A DNA stretch of 64,000 bases from assembly GCA_944372325.1 (NCBI GenBank), contig CALVYR010000001.1, positions 35,143-99,142 of the forward strand. The letters run 5' to 3'. Numbering within the stretch: position 1 is the stretch's first letter; the number at the start of each line of letters is the position of its first letter. This DNA is from an uncultured Clostridia bacterium (GTDB lineage: Bacteria; Bacillota; Clostridia; Christensenellales; UBA1242). Under the pieces are notes generated by a model. It saw only the letters and a program-made list of their open reading frames with translations, was not told the DNA's origin and did no database searches. Both the position numbers and the translations under genes were made by a program. Shown in pieces: positions 44,298 to 51,959 of the stretch.

Positions 44298-45080
44298 TTA
44301 ACTAGACTTTGCTACAACGCTTTCATATGGCCCTACTACTGTCTTTTCTGAAATTCTGCTTTCGCTGATGTATGAACACTTAATGATACATTCATCTGAA
44401 ATTATACTATTTTCTATTACACTGCCAAACTCGATTTTGCAGTTCTTTCCTATAAAACTAGCGCCCTTTATATAGGTGTTAGGCTCAAGCACTGTGCCCT
44501 TTTCTATCATGACATCGGCATCTATAAAAGTGCTTAAGGTGTCATTAATTTGAACGCCGTTAGAAAGATGAAAATTTATTATTCTATTTTTTAAAATTTT
44601 AGACACCTTTGCAAGCCCAGCATAGTCCTCTACCACAGTGAAATCATCTGTTCCAAAATCTTCTTGGACAAGCACGCGAATGCTATCTGCATTTCTAATG
44701 TAATCTGTATTAAAAACATACCCACGCCTGAGTGGCAATACATTTAAATCTCTTTGGCGGACATAGGTCATGATTTCATTTAAAGTTTGCCTTTTAAATA
44801 GTGGTGTGTCTGAATATAACACAACTGTGTATTTGCTATCCGTTAGAAGTGGCTTAATTAGTGTGAGTACATCAGATTCTGGAGTGCAAGGAATGGTTTT
44901 AATCATGTAGCCATCACAGGATAGAGCTACCCATTCCCACATCTTTTTACCCCAAATTTTTAAATCGTACGACTTCATAAACTCGCCGAACTTCTTTTCA
45001 AGCATAATTATTACTGAAATTTCATTATCTACAAGTTTTGTTTCCTTTTCCATAACAGTTAATGTTTCAATAACAGCCAT
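44298..45080 (-). CDS. Truncated GlmU-like protein with a degenerate motif (nucleotidyltransferase-like domain plus start of the left-handed beta-helix)
   Basis: 260 aa. Aligns by eye to roughly the first 330 residues of Bacillus GlmU (YSDTPL vs GDTPL; NRIINFHLSNGVQINDTLSTFIDADVMIEKGTVLEPNTYIKG vs the GlmU LbH onset). The LAAGxGTRM signature is replaced by IMLEKKFGEFM, and the acetyltransferase C-terminus is absent. Confidence 0.6.
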   Translation of the reverse strand: MAVIETLTVMEKETKLVDNEISVIIMLEKKFGEFMKSYDLKIWGKKMWEWVALSCDGYMIKTIPCTPESDVLTLIKPLLTDSKYTVVLYSDTPLFKRQTLNEIMTYVRQRDLNVLPLRRGYVFNTDYIRNADSIRVLVQEDFGTDDFTVVEDYAGLAKVSKILKNRIINFHLSNGVQINDTLSTFIDADVMIEKGTVLEPNTYIKGASFIGKNCKIEFGSVIENSIISDECIIKCSYISESRISEKTVVGPYESVVAKSS

Positions 45081-45090
45081 AAATTCACCT

Positions 45091-46389
45091 CTACTTATTA
45101 TACTTCTTTACATCAGCTTTTGCAAGCTTTAAAGCGTCCTCATAGCTTCTGCCACCTTTTACATAGAGCGCAACATAGCTTAAAAGTTTTACTTTATTCT
45201 TGTAATTGCCTTTTTTATAATAGCTTTTCCAATAATTCCAATACTCTCTAGCGCCCTTTTTATCATAGATATCCAAAGATATATCAACCGCCTTTATGTG
45301 CTCGCGCTGTTTTTTAGAGAGCTTTACATTCTCTGGATAAACCCATAGGAAATCTCTAACCTCAGCTTTATCTTCAGGCGAGGTTACATCGTAGAAATAA
45401 ATTTTATCAAACTCACGCATTTCGTAGCCAACATTGGCTTTTATGGACTCCTCATCATCAAATTTCATTTGTCCTGCCACAACTTTTCTTTCCGTCATGA
45501 GCGCGCTTACTTGTTCAAGGAGGCTTAACATTTGCATGAATATGAGAACTGTTAGTGGAAGTATAACTAAAATAATCATACCAATTCCACTTGCGCAAAA
45601 TTTAAACACAGAGCGTATCCATTGCGGAGTGTTTATATACTTTCCCACAACTAAATCTTCTCTTATTAGATAGCTATCCGCTGAAGAGTTGCTATCACCC
45701 TTTGTTTCAAAAAATCTAACACCGCTTTCATCTACATAGACAGCTACAATTCTGTGGAAATAAATTCTAGTATACTCTGTTATAAGTTCATCTGCAGTCT
45801 TTCTATTTTCATATTCCCCGCGCGTTGGCTCTTCAATGTTATCAAAATCTGTAATCAAAGTAAAGGTTGGCCTTAAGCCTCTATCCACGCTATCTTGAGC
45901 ATAGTAGAAAGCTATGATATCTCCCTCGTAGTCATCGCTTTTAGGCCTGAGATTATCTGTGTTTGTTTTGTTTATTATAACAATATCATTTATTTCAAAC
46001 CCACCTGCACGCATACTTCCGCTTTGAATTGCAGCAAAGCCAACACCAAACACAGTGTTTACTTCATTCTTTCTTTGATTTGAATACAAAACAAAGCTAG
46101 AAAATAGTGCAATTATTATAACCGGCACAATTATGCAGTCGGAAATAATGCCTAGGATAGCATAAAATGTCCTCTGCTTCTTTTTTGGTTTATTTTGACT
46201 ACTTAAATTAATTTCACTTAGGCTCTTCTGGTCTTTTTGGTCTTTTGGGGAGTTTTGGTTTTTCTTCTCCTCTATCTCCGCCGTCTGCTTGCTTGTTTTC
46301 AGCTCCTCCTTGTTCTCCACTTTGGGCTGAGATTGAGCCTTCTTTGGTGGTCTCTTTGGCAGAGCCTTGCTCGTTTTTTTCTGTTCCAA
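45091..46389 (-). CDS. SipW-type (ER/archaeal-type S26) signal peptidase paralog 1, with a second TM and a conserved C-terminal cytoplasmic domain
   Basis: Contains the Ser box SGSMRAG, the His box FHRIV and ETKGDSNSSAD. TTG 46389 has AAGGAG 6 nt upstream. The first in-frame ATG (the M of SGSM) lies after the N-terminal TM and inside the Ser box, so it cannot be the start. Confidence 0.7.
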   Translation of the reverse strand: MEQKKTSKALPKRPPKKAQSQPKVENKEELKTSKQTAEIEEKKNQNSPKDQKDQKSLSEINLSSQNKPKKKQRTFYAILGIISDCIIVPVIIIALFSSFVLYSNQRKNEVNTVFGVGFAAIQSGSMRAGGFEINDIVIINKTNTDNLRPKSDDYEGDIIAFYYAQDSVDRGLRPTFTLITDFDNIEEPTRGEYENRKTADELITEYTRIYFHRIVAVYVDESGVRFFETKGDSNSSADSYLIREDLVVGKYINTPQWIRSVFKFCASGIGMIILVILPLTVLIFMQMLSLLEQVSALMTERKVVAGQMKFDDEESIKANVGYEMREFDKIYFYDVTSPEDKAEVRDFLWVYPENVKLSKKQREHIKAVDISLDIYDKKGAREYWNYWKSYYKKGNYKNKVKLLSYVALYVKGGRSYEDALKLAKADVKKYNK

Positions 46390-47491
46390 GTTTTTCTCCT
46401 TGCTTTAAATTTTTTGCGTCCGCTTCTTTTATTGCGCTTTTAATTCTCCATTCCTCTCTATAGAAATTTAGCTTTTCTTTATTGCCCTTACCCTTAATTT
46501 TTTCTATCCACATATCAAAATATGCTTCTGGGTTAGTTTTAAAAGTGGCAACCGCTTTCTTTACAAACTTGTATTCTTCCTTTTCCTTTTTACTGCCCGA
46601 TTCAAGATGTTTCCATAAAAAGTCCTCCACGCCTTGCTTATCTTCCTCAGACGCCAGCGCATAAAACCGGACTTTTTCTATGTCATTCATCTCTATTCCA
46701 ACATTGGCTTTCAAGCTTTCTGGAGCGTTGTATCTAATTTTACCCTGAATGACAGATTTTTCTATCATCATATTATTAGTTTGCTCAATCAAGCTAAAAC
46801 ATTCAAATAAAATTAAAATTCCAAGTGGTAAAACAACTAAAAGTATCATGCCCATTTGAGAAGCGCAAAACCTAAAAGTTGCCCTTAGCCAATTTGGAGT
46901 GTAGGAATATCTCCCCAGCACATAATCAGCCCTAATTTTTGTTGTATCCTTGCCAACATTTCCCGTGCCCTTTGTTTCTAAAAACAGCGTGCCATCGTCA
47001 TCTACATATCTTCCCACCACTTCGTGAAATACAATTCTTGTGGTTGTGGGAAGCTCGCTTGCGCTCAACCTATCTTCCGCCCCACTAACTGTCAGGTTAG
47101 AACTATCTGGCGCAGTTAAAACCTCATCATTGCTTACTTCAGTTAAATGGATGTTTCTATCCGCAGGGTCAGCATAAGAATAAAAAGCAATTACATCGCC
47201 AAGCTCGTCTTCTATATCATTTGGCGTGCCCACCTTCAAGGTGTAGGGGTCGCATTTAGTTAAAAACAAAACATCGCCCTTCATAAACCCGCTAGGCTCC
47301 ATGCTTTCAGAGGCAACAAACACAAGTGATAAGCCAAATATGCTAGGAAGAGTGTTTTGACTTCTTGCCACAAACATAGCCGAGCTTGAAATAAGCGCGA
47401 TTAAAATAACAGGAATTAAAATAATATCCCCGATTATACCAAGAACTTGATAAAAAGTTTTATTCTTTTTAGTTTTCTCTACATTAGTCAC
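46214..47491 (-). CDS. SipW-type S26 signal peptidase paralog 2, with a Lys/Glu/Gly-rich C-terminal tail
   Basis: GTG start. Contains SESMEPSG, FHEVV and ETKGTGNVGKD. It has the same TM / catalytic domain / TM / ~130-aa tail architecture as paralog 1 (KANVGIEM...DFLWKH vs KANVGYEM...DFLWVY). Confidence 0.7.
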   Translation of the reverse strand: MTNVEKTKKNKTFYQVLGIIGDIILIPVILIALISSSAMFVARSQNTLPSIFGLSLVFVASESMEPSGFMKGDVLFLTKCDPYTLKVGTPNDIEDELGDVIAFYSYADPADRNIHLTEVSNDEVLTAPDSSNLTVSGAEDRLSASELPTTTRIVFHEVVGRYVDDDGTLFLETKGTGNVGKDTTKIRADYVLGRYSYTPNWLRATFRFCASQMGMILLVVLPLGILILFECFSLIEQTNNMMIEKSVIQGKIRYNAPESLKANVGIEMNDIEKVRFYALASEEDKQGVEDFLWKHLESGSKKEKEEYKFVKKAVATFKTNPEAYFDMWIEKIKGKGNKEKLNFYREEWRIKSAIKEADAKNLKQGEKLGTEKNEQGSAKETTKEGSISAQSGEQGGAENKQADGGDRGEEKPKLPKRPKRPEEPK

Positions 47492-47654
47492 GCTAGTAGT
47501 TTACCACCAAAGCGCTAAAAAAACAAATAAAATTGAAAAAAGGTTAAAAATAATATATTAAATTAAATAGTTTTATAAAATAGCAAACAAAAAAGCTGAA
47601 GTTAAAAATTAAAACTTTAGCTAATTGTTAAATATTAGTGTCAGCCCGCAAGAT

Positions 47655-49307
47655 TCAAGATTGGAGATTGAAGAGCAAAGCCGGGCGCGCGCCGTAGGGC
47701 TCAAAGGACACATAGTAGTAGTCCACATCACCATAGTAGTACACGTCGTATGCGATTTTGGTGGCGGAGGCCGCGGAAGATGTCCAGTAGTACGAGCTCC
47801 CTAGTCCATGAATGTCTGGGTAGTTGCTTGTAGTTTTATATGCGCAGTTTGCCATTGCAAAGTCTGTTGCACTCGCTCTTCTTTGTTGGTCTTGGTTACT
47901 ATATGATGAATTAAATCCATAGTCTGTATTTATCATATCATAGTAACTTGGTGCAAATACGTTTAATTTTTCTGTTGATGCTATTGTTAAACTGGAATCA
48001 TTAGGATTAGTTTGACCATATTTTGTTGCATCTAAATCTGCATCTGTTAATGTTCTTTGTGCTATTAAAGCTTGCTCTTCTGCTGTAAATGCGTCTGAAT
48101 AGAACACTTCATTTAAAAATGGTCTTAATGCATTTGTTTCTGCACTATAATGTGTGTGGTTTGTATTACTTGTACTTGGGTTAAAGGTTGTATTAGCACT
48201 TAATACATATTCACTTAGTAAATATGATACTGGGGTTGTATTTTCTGTATCTGTGTAGTTCTCAGTTAATACTCTCCACTGTATTGGCTCTACTTTAAAC
48301 CAGTAAGTTTCTCCGTTCTCTATTGTTGTTCCGTCGTTAAACGTTTTTGCTCCACTTTTATATAAATCTGCTTGTGGTACTCGGCAATAGGTGTTGCCGT
48401 CTATATATTCGTAAGCGTTATATACTACTGGTTCGTTTAATGTTGAACCTGAATAACCTTTATACGCTGTATATGTTTCTGCTACTGGCTGGTTTGTATA
48501 CCATGCTTCTAAAGTAGCGTTCATTGTGTCGCCTACATAGGTTTGTGGGTATTTGCCAAAGTATACAAAGGTATATGTTTGCCCATTTATTACTTCTTGC
48601 TCTATTCTATATGGGGGTTCTTTTTGTTTAAAACTAACATTCATTTCTATCGTGCTAGTGGCTAAGTCGCTCATAAAGTTATTTAACGTTACTGCTATTT
48701 TATAGCATGCTTGCCCAGGCGTTGTTTCGTTTGTTCTTGCGGGTATTGTAAAGTTATATGTAGGCGAGCCAGTGGCAGTGGCAGAATTTGAAGTTGTGCC
48801 TGTATATGTTGCAATAGTTAGCTGACCTTGTTCTACATAGGTTGCTAGCGCTTCGCTTATGCCAGATACTGTTCCTTGCACTTCAAACGGAGAATAGTTT
48901 GATACTGTAAACTCATACACTACAACTTTATTTGTACTTGTGTAGTTTATATCCCCTATTGCCCAAGTGTCTACTTGCGTGCCACTTTGGTTTACAAAAT
49001 ATGTTGTAGACGGCTCGCCGTTTGGTGCGTCTGGCGTTGCACCTGTTGCCATTCTTGGATAGGAATAAGCCTTAAATGTATTTTGCCCTGTGGGCGCTTC
49101 TGTACCAGATAGTACTTGCGCACTGCTTACGTCTGTCCCTTGTTTTAAGCTTGCGTCTACCATTACATACACGCCATCAGCTTCAAACCTAAGCGTGCTT
49201 GTAACATTTAATGTTGCAGTAGTTGCAGATAGCACGCCCACAACAAATAAACTAAGGCACACGCAAAGTGTTGCAACTATTGCTGTTATTCTTACCCTTT
49301 TACTCAT
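47655..49307 (-). CDS. Secreted 550-aa protein: TasA/camelysin-like N-terminal beta domain plus C-terminal domain with GKYPQ...WRVL...RPAL motifs (DUF6273-like)
   Basis: RBS AAAGGAG. Signal-anchor ITAIVATLCVCLSLFVVGVLSA. The N-terminal domain is paralogous to the 205-aa protein at 1809-2426. The C-terminal half contains YFGKYPQTYVGD, WFKVEPIQWRVL and GARPALLFNL. Confidence 0.7.
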   Translation of the reverse strand: MSKRVRITAIVATLCVCLSLFVVGVLSATTATLNVTSTLRFEADGVYVMVDASLKQGTDVSSAQVLSGTEAPTGQNTFKAYSYPRMATGATPDAPNGEPSTTYFVNQSGTQVDTWAIGDINYTSTNKVVVYEFTVSNYSPFEVQGTVSGISEALATYVEQGQLTIATYTGTTSNSATATGSPTYNFTIPARTNETTPGQACYKIAVTLNNFMSDLATSTIEMNVSFKQKEPPYRIEQEVINGQTYTFVYFGKYPQTYVGDTMNATLEAWYTNQPVAETYTAYKGYSGSTLNEPVVYNAYEYIDGNTYCRVPQADLYKSGAKTFNDGTTIENGETYWFKVEPIQWRVLTENYTDTENTTPVSYLLSEYVLSANTTFNPSTSNTNHTHYSAETNALRPFLNEVFYSDAFTAEEQALIAQRTLTDADLDATKYGQTNPNDSSLTIASTEKLNVFAPSYYDMINTDYGFNSSYSNQDQQRRASATDFAMANCAYKTTSNYPDIHGLGSSYYWTSSAASATKIAYDVYYYGDVDYYYVSFEPYGARPALLFNLQS

Positions 49308-49450
49308 TTTTCTTTTACTCCTTTTGATTATTGTTTATATTTTTTTAATTTTTATGTAAGTTTGCCGAGTTTTCAACTTACAGCTCTATAGTTTCTCTTA
49401 AAGGCTACTTAAAATGTTATCCTTACCTTAAAATTTTTTTTGCCTAGCCT

Positions 49451-49477
49451 ATTCTACCCCCCCCGCATTTTTGTCAA
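49451..49477 (-). promoter_or_regulatory. Putative promoter of the 550-aa gene with a G8 (C8 on +) tract in the spacer
   Basis: The minus strand reads TTGACA aaaatgc GGGGGGGG TAGAAT. The spacer is 15 nt. The homopolymer spans 49457-49464. Confidence 0.35.
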
Positions 49478-49501
49478 GCGAAATTAATTACTTTTCTAGT
49501 T

Positions 49502-49567
49502 TTTTTATTTTTCCATTTCTCCCACCCTGAAGCTTGAACAAAAATTCGGGGCTTAGAAGATTTTTTT
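49502..49567. repeat. Dispersed ~65-nt repeat, copy A
   Basis: tttttatttttccatttctcccaccctgaagcttgaacaaaaat... aligns with 56450-56513. The two copies share an identical 15-mer agcttgaacaaaaat (49531-49545 / 56478-56492) and a shared aagatttttt tail. Confidence 0.7.
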
Positions 49568-49620
49568 GATAGGCTAGTGCTTCTAATTTTTTTAGTCCTC
49601 ACTCTTGCCTGCCCGCGTAA

Positions 49621-49902
49621 TCCCCACCCCAGCGCCTTTAATTCTGACGGACCCTCGCCCCCTGCCGTCATTTCGACCGTAAGAAATTATCCCCTTTTCT
49701 TCTATTTAAGCTTTTTGCTAGATGTTTTGTTTAAACTTTACCTTTCCTTTATATGTAGTGGAGAAATCTCAGCCTTAGAAAAAAGTAGCCGAGATTTCTC
49801 CGCTTCATACTAACTTTTACTAATAACCTTAATCCCCATCTAGCATTAACTATAACAAAAAATAAACACTATTTCCTTTCGGTCGAAATGACGAGGGTGA
49901 GG
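49621..49902. repeat. Nested-palindrome element E1 (GC-rich ends, AT-rich spacers)
   Basis: The outer arms are a perfect 14-bp inverted repeat: cgtcatttcgaccg (49666-49679) / cggtcgaaatgacg (49880-49893). The inner arms are a perfect 11-bp hairpin: ggagaaatctc (49760-49770) / gagatttctcc (49791-49801). The spacers between them are nearly symmetric at 80 and 78 nt. Confidence 0.8.
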
Positions 49903-49967
49903 CGTTGCTATTAAAAAAATAAAAACTAATCTTACTATCCGCGTTCAAAACTCTTTTTTTTAATTAT

Positions 49968-50198
49968 GCGGGTCACGGGAGGAGATCCTTCGGCTTCGCT
50001 CAGGATGACAACGGAGTAACGCCTACGCTAGAGCCCTCGAAGCCTCTTGCAACGCCAAGCTTTCACACACCAGCAAAGCCATGCTCCGCCCTCCACCCAC
50101 GCGAGCCCTGCCCACGCTAGCCGTCATTCTGAGCGGAGAGCGTTTACGCGACTATCCGCGAAGAATCTCCTTTTCGCCCGAGCTAGCCAGACTCTGCC
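49968..50198 (+). repeat. GC-rich direct repeat R1 (231 nt), upstream of the GIY-YIG gene
   Basis: About 90% identical to R2 apart from one indel. Internal inverted arms are ggagatccttcggcttcgctcaggatgac (49981-50009) versus gtcattctgagcg...cgcgaagaatctcc (50123-50170). The first 60 nt are 37/60 G+C, whereas the adjacent 50201-50260 is 7/60. Confidence 0.85.
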
Positions 50199-50293
50199 AA
50201 TTTTTCTTGTAAGTATATTATTTATTATCTACTCATTAATAAAAAGTTAATTTATTATTTGCAAAATAATTTTTGCTATTGTATTATTCTTAT

Positions 50294-50587
50294 ATGAAAA
50301 AAGGCTATGTTTACATTCTTACAAATAAATATAACAATGTTTTTTATGTTGGCGTAACATCAAATATAAAAAGAAGAATTTATGAACATAAAAATCATAA
50401 ACTTAAAGGCTTTACTAATAAATATGATGTTATTAAAGTTATTTATATTGAAGTTTTTGATAAAATAACAGATGCTATTACAAGAGAAAAACAAATTAAG
50501 GGTTGGTCTAGACAAAAAAAGATTGATTTGATAAAAACTTGTAATTCAAGTTTTGACGATTTATATAATACAATTATAAATTCCTAA
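50294..50587 (+). CDS. Small GIY-YIG nuclease family protein (UPF0213/YhbQ-like)
   Basis: 97 aa from ATG 50294. GYVYILTN-x8-FYVGVT forms the GIY-YIG motif, followed by RRIYEH and REKQIKGWSRQKK. Confidence 0.85.
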   Translation: MKKGYVYILTNKYNNVFYVGVTSNIKRRIYEHKNHKLKGFTNKYDVIKVIYIEVFDKITDAITREKQIKGWSRQKKIDLIKTCNSSFDDLYNTIINS

Positions 50588-50604
50588 TTTGTTATTTTTT
50601 TCAA

Positions 50605-50858
50605 GCGGGTCGCGGGAGGAGATCCTTCGGCTTCGCTCAGGATGACGAAAAAGGAAAACCTTTTTCGCTCGCAACGGAGTAGCGCCTCCGCCAGAGCCCT
50701 CGAAGCCTCTTGCAACGCCAAGCTTTCACACACCAGCAAAGCCATGCTCCGCCCTCCACCCGCGCAAGCCCTGCCCCAGAGCCGTCATTCTGAGCGGGGA
50801 GCGTTTGCGCGACTATCCGCGAAGAATCTCCTTGCTACCCTTGCTAGCCAGACTCTAC
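50605..50858 (+). repeat. GC-rich direct repeat R2 (254 nt), downstream of the GIY-YIG gene
   Basis: Collinear with R1. It carries a 26-nt insertion (50647-50672) that contains its own perfect 8-bp hairpin gaaaaagg/cctttttc. Confidence 0.85.
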
Positions 50859-50870
50859 TTTCCCTGCAAC

Positions 50871-50925
50871 GCCTCGCCCCAGCGCATTTTTATTCTACCA
50901 AGTGTGCCCGCCGTCCTTTCGGTTA
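50871..50925. repeat. Partial copy (C2) of the left end of element E1
   Basis: gcctcgccccagcgcatttttattctacc...gcccgccgtcctttcgg resembles 49621-49679 (ccccaccccagcgcctttaattctgac...ccctgccgtcatttcgaccg). Confidence 0.55.
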
Positions 50926-50986
50926 AAATAACAAAGAAAAAGTTTACTTTTAACTCAAAACATAAAAAATAGCCAAAAGTTTTTGG

Positions 50987-51847
50987 CTACTTGGTTTTAT
51001 TTTTGTTTGTTAAGTTATTAAACTCTTCTTCACTTACATATCTATAATATTCATAACTTGGGTTTTCATCTAACATCTGTTGCATTGCTTGCTCAGCTCG
51101 CTGACTTAAGTCCTCTATTTGCTGTTTACTATCTAAACTTGCGTTCGCATAGAGCGGTTCGCCAACAATTATATTTAATCTGGGTGCACGCCTTACTAGC
51201 TTTTCTATACCCTTTGGTTTACGAAAAGTTATTAAATATGGTATTATTGGCACATTATATTTTACAGCAAAGTAAAAGGAACCTCGCTTGAACGGCCTTA
51301 GCTTATTATAGTAGGGCCACAAACTTGCCTCTGGGAAAAGATGAACTATTTTGCCTTCATCTAAAGAGCGCTTTATACATTTATAGAATAAAACCCAATC
51401 GGAGGGCGTTTCTGCAAGTGGCAGACAGCCGTAAAGTTTACAAAGGTGCCTAACGGTTGGAATTTTAAAGTTATCCTTTAGGGTTACAACAACCACACTT
51501 TTTTGCTTAGATAAAAACACAGGACAAACACTCCAATCAACATAGTGCACATGATTGGATATTGTTATTGCTCCGCCCTTTAAGCCTTTTAAATTTTTTT
51601 TGCCTTTAACTTTTACTCCAAGATAAATTTTATCGTAAAGGTAAAGTAGAGGCAAGGCTATACATTTTTGCGCAATATATTTAAATGCGCGAGTAAAGAC
51701 ATTTGGTTTTTTATATATCTTTTTATAATTTAATTTTATATCTAAAACTCGTGTGTGATAAATATCTTCATTTAAATCTTCGGGCATGCACACAAGTTTA
51801 TGTTTTTTATCTATATTTTTTTGCTTCATGCAAAGTAATTTTAACAC
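50987..51847 (-). CDS. 1-acyl-sn-glycerol-3-phosphate acyltransferase (PlsC/LPLAT family)
   Basis: GTG start. Contains the HX4D motif NHVHYVD and an FPEASLWP block. Confidence 0.8.
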   Translation of the reverse strand: MLKLLCMKQKNIDKKHKLVCMPEDLNEDIYHTRVLDIKLNYKKIYKKPNVFTRAFKYIAQKCIALPLLYLYDKIYLGVKVKGKKNLKGLKGGAITISNHVHYVDWSVCPVFLSKQKSVVVVTLKDNFKIPTVRHLCKLYGCLPLAETPSDWVLFYKCIKRSLDEGKIVHLFPEASLWPYYNKLRPFKRGSFYFAVKYNVPIIPYLITFRKPKGIEKLVRRAPRLNIIVGEPLYANASLDSKQQIEDLSQRAEQAMQQMLDENPSYEYYRYVSEEEFNNLTNKNKTK

Positions 51848-51959
51848 ATTTTTATAACTTTAAAAACTATTTTAACAGAATTTTTAATAAAAGTAAGGTT
51901 TAATTGTTTACAATTTTTTATTTTTTTATTATACTAAATAGGTTTTAAAAGGATAGAGT

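Noticed and set aside
47655-47830. Locally GC-richer 3' end of the 550-aa gene as a sign of a recent horizontal patch
   Set aside because: The stretch encodes a Tyr/Gly/Ser/Ala-rich C-terminal segment ending in the family-typical RPAL motif. Amino-acid composition may explain the shift, and I could not compute a window statistic to support more.
49968-50858. Possible CRISPR array or group I intron around the GIY-YIG gene
   Set aside because: There are only two repeat copies, each over 230 nt long, with a gene between them rather than short spacers. R1 and R2 are homologous direct copies, not the two complementary halves of an intron, and no host gene is interrupted.
49474-50926. ORF-track calls 49474-49671(-), 49577-49813(+), 50047-50250(+) and 50642-50926(+)
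   Set aside because: These run straight through the GC-rich palindromic repeats and give repeat-derived peptides (..SRHSERRAFTRLSAKNLL..). They lack an RBS and mostly start at non-ATG codons. I treat them as mistranslated repeat DNA.
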